Position numbers and translations under genes: made by a program
NCBI GenBank assembly: GCA_964506805.1
Contig: CAZDMD010000002.1
Coordinates: 1 to 43,921, forward strand
Source: an uncultured Vampirovibrionales bacterium
GTDB lineage: Bacteria; Cyanobacteriota; Vampirovibrionia; Vampirovibrionales; JAJTHC01
DNA length: 43,921 nucleotides
Reading direction: 5' to 3'
Shown: positions 1-6,632 of the stretch, in pieces
Layout of the letters: each line of letters opens with the position of its first letter
Numbering within the stretch: the stretch's first letter is position 1
Notes under the pieces: generated by a model
What the model was told of the DNA's origin: nothing
Databases searched by the model: none
Seen by the model: the letters and a program-made list of their open reading frames with translations, nothing else

Positions 1-53
1 AAAATGTCTCGGAAGCCTCGCATTTAGTGCAGGTCGTCGAAAGACACCCATTT

Positions 54-118
54 TATAGCTGTTTCAATGATTTCCTGTACAATACCTATACTTTGTCGCT
101 ACAATGATTTTGGCTATA
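54..118 (+). mobile_element. Short (65 bp) deletion derivative of the TATAG-ended inverted-repeat element family
   Basis: Termini are TATAGC...GGCTATA. Internal CCTATACTTTGTCGCTACAATGATTTT matches the conserved core of the full copies at 6187, 26366, 36450 and 17786 (rc). The left arm resembles the arm at 23011. Confidence 0.6.
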
Positions 119-250
119 TAAAAATAAACCTTCCGATATAAAATATCAAACTTTAGGCTAGCCCTTTCAATCTCTTCACTTGTCATACTTAAATTGCAGT
201 GAAGCCTATCTAACACTTTTTAATCTGAATTAAGAGAGAGACAATTAAAT

Positions 251-712
251 ATGATGACACAAATTTCTTCTAATGCGTCTCAAGTACGCCTTAATATGGA
301 TCGCTTGAAAGCAGTGAGAGAACGCCTCCAGCAAACGCAAGCGACCCCCAGCAACGACTTTCAAAAAAACTTAACACAAAGCGAAATCACCCCCACAAGA
401 ACGGCTGAAGCAGTTGAAGGAATCGTCAAGCCCCCTCGTTTTGAAGCCTCAATCCCAACTGACCCCATGCCCACGATTTTACCGAATCCACTGGTGATGC
501 CCTTTAGCGAGCAAACGCCTTCGCCACCCATTTTAAAAGAATCCACTCCCCCAAATGCCAAGCCTACCCCCATTCCTATAGGACGCTTTGGCTTGCCCGT
601 GAATGATATTCAACAGATTGCCGAACAAGCAGGCTTTATCGGCGTGGATCAATCTGCGATTGAACGAGCCTATGCCACTCGTAAAAGCCTATTTGTCGAT
701 GTCAAAATTTAA
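251..712 (+). CDS. Hypothetical Pro-rich protein, first ORF of the flgN-like/flgK gene string
   Basis: 153-aa ORF with tandem ATG start preceded by an AGAGAGAGA tract, co-oriented and closely spaced with the flagellar genes. No motif recognised. The C-terminus does not look like FlgM. Confidence 0.5.
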   Translation: MMTQISSNASQVRLNMDRLKAVRERLQQTQATPSNDFQKNLTQSEITPTRTAEAVEGIVKPPRFEASIPTDPMPTILPNPLVMPFSEQTPSPPILKESTPPNAKPTPIPIGRFGLPVNDIQQIAEQAGFIGVDQSAIERAYATRKSLFVDVKI

Positions 713-753
713 GACCCACATCTAAGAAGAGAGAAAAAGAGAGAGACTCCCCT

Positions 754-1308
754 ATGATGATGAACCCTAGCACGTCAAACAACGCCCATGCCTCCGTATT
801 AAGTACGCTTTCGCCCTATCAAGCCCTTACTATTATTGACAATCTAAAAGAACAACACGCCATTTACAAGCAAGTGCAAGATGTTCTGCTTCAAAAAAAA
901 GTCAGCATCCTGAAACAAGCCGTAACCGACTTCCCTGAACAGGATAAATCCCTAAAAGCCTACCGCAAACAGCTAGATGCTTTTGAGCAAAAACGCTTGA
1001 ATCTGCTCCATGAGTTTTGGCCGAATGCCCTAGAACCTGTTCACGCCAAAATGATGATTCTGGCGATGCCTGAAGATCAACGACAAATCTTTAATCAAGT
1101 GCGTAGTGAACTGAAATACACCCTTGATCAAGTGGCGAGCTTGCAAGCGGAAACGCAGGCTCTTTTAAATGCGTCGTTGGATTGGGTGAGCCAAAGTATG
1201 GCGTGGGTGAAGCATCACATTCAATCCGAAAAAAAGGAATTGACTTACACCGCCAAAGGCACGACCAAAGGCAGTAAAACCATTAGTACCATGCAAAAGC
1301 AAATATAA
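754..1308 (+). CDS. FlgN-like flagellar export chaperone (tentative)
   Basis: 184-aa helical, Leu/Gln/Lys-rich ORF immediately upstream of flgK, the canonical flgN position. The assignment rests on synteny and composition, not on a strict motif. Confidence 0.4.
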   Translation: MMMNPSTSNNAHASVLSTLSPYQALTIIDNLKEQHAIYKQVQDVLLQKKVSILKQAVTDFPEQDKSLKAYRKQLDAFEQKRLNLLHEFWPNALEPVHAKMMILAMPEDQRQIFNQVRSELKYTLDQVASLQAETQALLNASLDWVSQSMAWVKHHIQSEKKELTYTAKGTTKGSKTISTMQKQI

Positions 1309-1406
1309 GCCTTTCCCTTCTACTAAGCTCCTTCCTAAGGGAGGAGAAATAAGACTAAAAAGACTATAAAAAATTCAAGGACAAGAGAGAGAAAAGAGAA
1401 TTCCCC

Positions 1407-2936
1407 ATGATGATGAGTACCATGCCCACTTTTATCGGATTCAGCGGGGCTCAACGTGCCTTACTGACCGCTCAAACCGCTTTAAATACCGTGAATCACA
1501 ACGTCTCAAATGCCAACGTCGAAGGCTACACCAAGCAACGTGTCGATATGGCAACCGAACGTCCGATTAGTAATCCTTCCTTAGGCAGCAGTAACGGATT
1601 GTTCCCGATTGGGCAAGGGGTGAAGGTAACAGGCATTACCCAACTGCGGAATAGTTTTTTAGATCGCCAAGTGCGTAAAGAAGTCGCCATTTTTGGAGAA
1701 GTGGATACCGCTCATACCGCCTTAAAACAACTGGAAGCTATTGTGGGAGAACCCTCGTTTTCAGGCTTGGCGAATGGCATTAAAGCCATGTTTGATTCCA
1801 TTTCAGCGATGCGTAATAATCCTCAAAGTTTGGCGGCTCGAACGTCGTTCATTCAACAAAGTCGAGACATGGTCAATATCTTTGCCCAACAGGGACGACA
1901 ACTCCTAGACATGCACAAAAACCTGGTGGGAACGAGTACCCCTAGCTCATGGGGAAATAGTCAGCTCGGTATTCGTGTAACGGATGTCAACGAAAAGCTC
2001 GCCACCATTGCGGATTTAAACCGTCAAATTGGCGTAGTAGTCTCTGCTGGAGCCATGCCGAATGACTTGCTGGATAAGCGTAATTTGTTAGTGGAAAAGG
2101 TCAGTGAACTGATTGATGTAACCGTTACCGAAAAGCCCAACCAGCAGATTGATATTAGTATTGGGGGGCAACTCGTCCTTAAAAGCGGTGCGGTAATTGA
2201 TACGCTAAGTCTTGTGGCGAGTACCGCTGCCAACGCCGATCGCATTCCCGCTCGCCTGACCACGACCACAGGATCCGTAGATATTACGGATGCCATTACC
2301 GCTGGCGAGATTAAAGGTGTTTTGGATGTCGCAGGTAATAACACCACCATTAAAAACGTGTACAGTACCTTTAAAGATTTATCGAACTTACTAGAAACGC
2401 TTTCAGATCAGTTTAACGCCTTGCAGTCCACAGGGAGAGATCTAACAGGGACGCTCAATAGCACAGGGGCGTTCAGCAAACTCTACACGACAGATCCGTC
2501 TTACACGACAGGCCCTCGATTGATGTTTATTAAGGTGAATACCGCTTTTGACGGCAATATGAACCGTATTGCCTTGGCAAATGATGATCCCACCGCTCCC
2601 GGTAACTTTGCAGGGGTGGGGGATTCACGCAATGCGGCGGCAATGGTCGCCTTAAAGCAACAAACCTTTGCAGGCTTGAATGGCAATAGTTTTGAGACCT
2701 TTCATCAGAATATGGTGTCGGCGTTGGGGACGGACTCTAAGAGTTATGACGACAGGCAAAAAAGTCAGGAGACTTTGTTGACGCAACTGGAAGGCACTCG
2801 GAAGAGCGTTTCGGGAGTGAATACGGATGAAGAGGCGTTGGACTTGATTAAGTATCAGCGGATGTTTGAAGCCTCGTCTCGGATTGTGCAGACGTATAGC
2901 CAAATCTACGCCAGCATCATCGGGATGTTAGGGTAG
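1407..2936 (+). CDS. flgK: Flagellar hook-associated protein 1 (FlgK)
   Basis: N-terminal SGAQRALLTAQTALNTVNHNVSNANVEGYTKQRV and C-terminal GVNTDEEALDLIKYQRMFEASSRIVQT are the conserved flagellar rod/hook-family terminal segments. 509 aa. Confidence 0.92.
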   Translation: MMMSTMPTFIGFSGAQRALLTAQTALNTVNHNVSNANVEGYTKQRVDMATERPISNPSLGSSNGLFPIGQGVKVTGITQLRNSFLDRQVRKEVAIFGEVDTAHTALKQLEAIVGEPSFSGLANGIKAMFDSISAMRNNPQSLAARTSFIQQSRDMVNIFAQQGRQLLDMHKNLVGTSTPSSWGNSQLGIRVTDVNEKLATIADLNRQIGVVVSAGAMPNDLLDKRNLLVEKVSELIDVTVTEKPNQQIDISIGGQLVLKSGAVIDTLSLVASTAANADRIPARLTTTTGSVDITDAITAGEIKGVLDVAGNNTTIKNVYSTFKDLSNLLETLSDQFNALQSTGRDLTGTLNSTGAFSKLYTTDPSYTTGPRLMFIKVNTAFDGNMNRIALANDDPTAPGNFAGVGDSRNAAAMVALKQQTFAGLNGNSFETFHQNMVSALGTDSKSYDDRQKSQETLLTQLEGTRKSVSGVNTDEEALDLIKYQRMFEASSRIVQTYSQIYASIIGMLG

Positions 2937-2983
2937 GGTTTTATTTCGTTTCCTTATTTGCACGATATGTGATATACTTAACT

Positions 2984-2992
2984 TGTTATAAT
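2984..2992 (+). promoter_or_regulatory. Candidate extended -10 promoter (TGtTATAAT) for the GtrA/GT-C/GT2 genes
   Basis: Exact match to the TGnTATAAT consensus, 55 nt upstream of the ATG at 3047. No convincing -35 element. Confidence 0.5.
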
Positions 2993-3046
2993 GGTGTTCA
3001 GTAACAGTAGACTTTTATTTTGTATCGTACTTCTTCTAAAAAGACA

Positions 3047-3451
3047 ATGTTGTTTAAGTTTGTATGTGTTGGTTTGGTGGCGACTTTAATCGATGCCTGT
3101 TCCTACAATTACTTAACGCATTATGTCAATATGATTCTAGCCAAAGGCATCGCCTTTGAGTTGAGCGTCGTAGTGAACTTTTTAATTTCTGCCTTTTGGA
3201 GCTTTCAATCTTCATTCCCAAACTTACTGAAACAGTTGTGGCGTTTTTCAAAGCTATACACTTTTTCCGCTTTGTTTAACATGCTTTCTAACTTCGGTAT
3301 TTTTCACTTGCTTTTACAAGCGCATGTGCTTCCTAAAAACAAAGTAACGGTTTTATCGTGCTTACTGGCGACGGTATTGACGGCGAGCGTGAACTACTTG
3401 GGACAAACCTTATGGGTGTTTAAATCGAATCCTGTACTAAAAAGTGCCTAA
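3047..3451 (+). CDS. GtrA-family membrane protein (polyprenyl-phosphate-sugar translocation family)
   Basis: Small 4-TM protein starting MLFKFVCVGLVATLIDACSYNYL, typical of the GtrA N-terminus. The ORF track starts at TTG 3020; ATG 3047 is preferred. It overlaps the start of the downstream GT-C gene. Confidence 0.7.
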   Translation: MLFKFVCVGLVATLIDACSYNYLTHYVNMILAKGIAFELSVVVNFLISAFWSFQSSFPNLLKQLWRFSKLYTFSALFNMLSNFGIFHLLLQAHVLPKNKVTVLSCLLATVLTASVNYLGQTLWVFKSNPVLKSA

Positions 3452-5129
3452 TATAATGAAGCATCAAACAATAAGCCTTGTAGACAAAATTTGCCTAACA
3501 CTCAAACAGCCTTTGTATTTTCTTTTCGCATCTGCTATGACCCTTCGTTTTTTGACTTTTGGGATTCCGCCTCTATTTGATACCACAGAATCTCGTTATG
3601 CGAATATGGTGCAACATTTTTTATTGCGGAATGATTGGTTAGTTCCGTATAGTCCTACGTTTCATTTGCCTTTTTTAGGGAAGCCTCCCTTTGTGTTTTG
3701 GTTAGAAGGCATGAGCTTATTGTGTTTTAAAGATGCCGAATGGGCATTACGTTTTCCTAGTTTTGTGGGGATGCTAGTGGCTTTAATATCCACCTATTAC
3801 TTAGGAAGGCATTTATACAATAAATCCGTTGGATTTTTAGCGGTTCTCATACTTCTTTCTTGTGGCTTTTTTAATTTTATGGGAAGCACCGTTGCCTTAG
3901 ATATGTGGGTGGCGGCAAGCGTGTCGCTTTCCTTTTTAGCACTCAGTCATTTGTTGGATATGAGGCAAGAGGCTAAAGCATCTCCGCCTAGCGAATCAGC
4001 TTCTGTGGCGTGGCATTTTGTACTCATGGCAGGACTTGTGATCGGTTTTATGACGAAAGGTTTGCTACCGTTCGTGATGATTTTTGCTCCTGTACTCGTC
4101 TGGCTTTTGTTGACGCAACGATTATTTCTTTTAAAACGGGTGGCATGGCACTGGATTGCCTTAGGTGTCTTATGTGTCGTTTCGCCTTGGTTGATTGCCG
4201 TACAAGCAAGGCATCCTGATTTTCTGCACTATTTTTTTATACAAGAACATTTCCTACGCTATGTGAGTTCTGACTATGGAGATCGGTATGGCGGGCCTCA
4301 TATTCAACCTTATGGGACGAGCCTTTGGTATTTTTTACTTGCTTTTTTACCTGCTTCACTGCTTTTAGTGGTGGAAGCTCCCCAGTGGATTAAACATGCC
4401 TTTGGGAGACTTCAAGAAAAATCTATCTTGTCCAATATTTTTCATCAAATGAGGCAAGATCCTGTCCGCACCTTTCTGTGGACGGCGACTTTATTCCCCC
4501 CTTTATTTTTTGCAGTCGCCAAATCGTTATTAGTTACCTATATTATTACGGCACTTGCCCCTGCTTCTCTTTTGATGGCGGTGTTTTTAAGTCAAAAAAT
4601 GAATGTTTTGAAAGCTCAACGTTTGGGACTCGCTCTTGCCACAATAATTACCCTCTCAATTGCGTTATGGAATTGGACATGGTTGTTTCCCTCTTTCACG
4701 CAAAACCCTCTATTCGGACAAATGCTTTATCCTGATTACAGAAGTGCAAGGACGCTGATGCAACAGATGTACACGCAAAATCCGACTCTCTTAACGCTAC
4801 CTATTTATGCGTGGCAACGACACGCTCCATTTTCATGGATGTTTTACCTACAAGAACCTGAAGTTGAAAAAGCGAAAACGCTTTGGTGGCAGGGTCAATC
4901 TTATACGCCTACCCCAATCAGTCAACAAGAACCTAATATGATACAAACGATTCAGGAATTAAAGCAAATTCAAACGCCTTTTTTATTGTATACTCAGGAA
5001 AAAGATAAGGATAGTTTTGAACACTTATCAAAAGAATGGCCTTCGCACTTAAAAAAACACGACCTTTTTAAGCAAAAAAAAGGAGGCACACTCTCGTTAA
5101 TTACATCTTCAAAATACGAAGCGTTGTGA
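3444..5129 (+). CDS. GT-C fold glycosyltransferase, ArnT/PMT (family 39/83)-like
   Basis: 561-aa polytopic membrane protein. N-terminal ESRYANMVQHFLLRNDWLVPY...GKPPFVFWLEG matches the ArnT/PMT signature (E.RYa...dWlvP...KPPl.yWl). An alternative ATG start lies at 3456. Confidence 0.75.
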   Translation: MPNIMKHQTISLVDKICLTLKQPLYFLFASAMTLRFLTFGIPPLFDTTESRYANMVQHFLLRNDWLVPYSPTFHLPFLGKPPFVFWLEGMSLLCFKDAEWALRFPSFVGMLVALISTYYLGRHLYNKSVGFLAVLILLSCGFFNFMGSTVALDMWVAASVSLSFLALSHLLDMRQEAKASPPSESASVAWHFVLMAGLVIGFMTKGLLPFVMIFAPVLVWLLLTQRLFLLKRVAWHWIALGVLCVVSPWLIAVQARHPDFLHYFFIQEHFLRYVSSDYGDRYGGPHIQPYGTSLWYFLLAFLPASLLLVVEAPQWIKHAFGRLQEKSILSNIFHQMRQDPVRTFLWTATLFPPLFFAVAKSLLVTYIITALAPASLLMAVFLSQKMNVLKAQRLGLALATIITLSIALWNWTWLFPSFTQNPLFGQMLYPDYRSARTLMQQMYTQNPTLLTLPIYAWQRHAPFSWMFYLQEPEVEKAKTLWWQGQSYTPTPISQQEPNMIQTIQELKQIQTPFLLYTQEKDKDSFEHLSKEWPSHLKKHDLFKQKKGGTLSLITSSKYEAL

Positions 5130-5141
5130 TGGAGAATCCTC

Positions 5142-5930
5142 ATGCCCAACTCTTTAAAAGAAAAATCGACTCCTTTTTTAGAGAATGTGCCTCTTACGTT
5201 TGGTGAAGTTAAAATTTTCTTATCTGTCGTGATACCTGCGTATAATGAAGAAAAGCGTTTACCTCCCACCCTTGAACATCTCATTCATTATTTTGATTCA
5301 AAATCCTATCGGGTAGAAATTATCGTTGTCGATGACGGAAGCCAAGATCAAACTCGATCCGTTGTAAAGGATTTTCAAAATAAAGTTCCTTATTTACATC
5401 TTATTGAACACCCTCATAACAGAGGGAAAGGGGCTTGTCTTCAAACAGGATTTCAGTATGCACACGGACGTTATGCGTTGATGTATGATGCCGATATGGC
5501 TGTTCCTATACAAACTTTAGATGAATGGCTTCGTGAACCCGTTACAGTGGAACATATTATCATCGGCTCTCGGAATGCGGTAGAAGAGGGTGTGATTCGT
5601 CGTTTTAATCCTATAAGACGTTTCGTGAGTCTCGTGTTTCAAAAAATTTCTCAATGGCTTGTGCCTCAGATTCAAGACACCCAATGTGGATTCAAGCTTT
5701 TCCCTGAAAAGATATATCATCTTTTGGCGAGCTTGCAAAAAGAACACGGCTTTTCGGTCGACTTAGAATATCTTATGTTGGCACAACGCTATCAGTTTAC
5801 AATCGAAGAACGAGGGGTCTCTTGGGAAAATAGGGCAGGTTCTAAAGTGAATATATTAACAGATTCTTGGAAAATGCTTTATGCTATTTTTAGAATAAAG
5901 TGGCGTAGTATGCGAAGAGTCTATGATTAA
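5142..5930 (+). CDS. GT2 polyprenyl/dolichyl-phosphate hexosyltransferase (GtrB/ArnC/DPG-synthase-like)
   Basis: LSVVIPAYNEE...VDDGSQDQT...YDADM motifs of GT-A family 2. GGAGAA RBS upstream. Confidence 0.85.
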   Translation: MPNSLKEKSTPFLENVPLTFGEVKIFLSVVIPAYNEEKRLPPTLEHLIHYFDSKSYRVEIIVVDDGSQDQTRSVVKDFQNKVPYLHLIEHPHNRGKGACLQTGFQYAHGRYALMYDADMAVPIQTLDEWLREPVTVEHIIIGSRNAVEEGVIRRFNPIRRFVSLVFQKISQWLVPQIQDTQCGFKLFPEKIYHLLASLQKEHGFSVDLEYLMLAQRYQFTIEERGVSWENRAGSKVNILTDSWKMLYAIFRIKWRSMRRVYD

Positions 5931-6140
5931 ACTATCAACGCCTGATCTTAGAATAGGTGAAGGGGTGTTGTCTCTTGACTAGAGCTTGCTATCCCCTCGA
6001 TTCGTCCACAAAAACCGCAAAAGCGACGGACGCAAAAGCTAGCACCGCAGCTCTTGCCAGTGCCACAGCGAAAGCCGCCCTTCCTTCCTCTTTAGCTGAA
6101 TTAAGACGACGTAAGTACGTTTATTCAAATAATGCAAAAA

Positions 6141-6180
6141 GCGACTGCAACAAGTCAAAGTACTTGTTGCAGTTGTGTTT
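6141..6180. terminator. Strong hairpin, possible bidirectional intrinsic terminator
   Basis: A 12-bp perfect stem ACTGCAACAAGT/ACTTGTTGCAGT (6144-6155 / 6162-6173) with a 6-nt loop. It is followed by TGTGTTT on + and by CGCTTTTTG on -. Confidence 0.5.
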
Positions 6181-6186
6181 ATAAAG

Positions 6187-6336
6187 TATAGTCGATTAAA
6201 TATATTCCCGCACAGTGTCTATACTTTGTCGCTACGATGATTTTGTTCAGTCATGTAGGTCTATCTACACTCTTTCACAAAATAATCTAAGCTCCTCGTC
6301 TAATCTACCGTGCAGGAATATATTTAATCGACTATA
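6187..6336 (+). mobile_element. Full-length MITE-like element (150 bp), archetype copy with near-perfect ~29-bp terminal inverted repeats
   Basis: TATAGTCGATTAAATATATTCCCGCACAG ... CGTGCAGGAATATATTTAATCGACTATA, with TA on both flanks. The core is shared with the copies at 17786 (rc), 26366 and 36450. Confidence 0.85.
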
Positions 6337-6338
6337 GT

Positions 6339-6515
6339 TTGGATGTGATTAGCAGTGTCGTGTCTCTTTGCCCCAGCTGTCATAGAATGGTGGATTATGC
6401 CGAAAGTGAAACAAAAAAAGAGGCGTTACACTTTTTGCTGGATGAACGTCAAGCCCTTTTAAAACAACAAGGCTTAGAGGTGGAACTCAACGAGCTAATA
6501 CAATGCTATGCTTGA
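6339..6515 (+). pseudogene. 3' remnant of an HNH-type nuclease gene, truncated at the MITE boundary
   Basis: The frame reads LDVISSVVSLCPSCHRMVDYAESETKKEALHFLLDERQALLKQQGLEVELNELIQCYA*. LCPSCHRMVD resembles the C-terminal LCxxCHxxxD/H element of HNH nucleases. There is no start codon and no N-terminal half, and the sequence upstream is the MITE. Confidence 0.5.
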
Positions 6516-6632
6516 GAGTATCGATTGTGAACGGCATCCGCTTTAATTTTGATCGGGGGCGTTTATCAATCGGTGGGTTTATTGTATACTGATAATAGTT
6601 TTGAAGAAGCTCAATTATAAGGAATCGTTGTA

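Noticed and set aside
1355-1368. AAGACTAAAAAGACTATA upstream of flgK, which resembles an element terminus (AAAAGACTATA).
   Set aside because: It is too short, and no adjoining arm or core sequence is present. It is probably a chance match in A-rich sequence.
5957-6184. A 75-aa Ala/Lys-rich ORF. I also considered a tmRNA-like tag region and a Cys-rich minus-strand frame (GGFRCGTGKSCGASFCVRRFCGFCG).
   Set aside because: The plus ORF has only a GTG start and no RBS. No tRNA-like acceptor or T-arm (GGTTCGAATCC...CCA) is present, and no frame ends in an ALAA-type tag. The Cys-rich minus frame has no start codon after its upstream stop.
6563-6590. TTATCA-N16-TATACT as the methyltransferase promoter.
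   Set aside because: Both hexamers are weak to moderate matches and no TGn extension is present. It is plausible but not strong enough to list as a feature.
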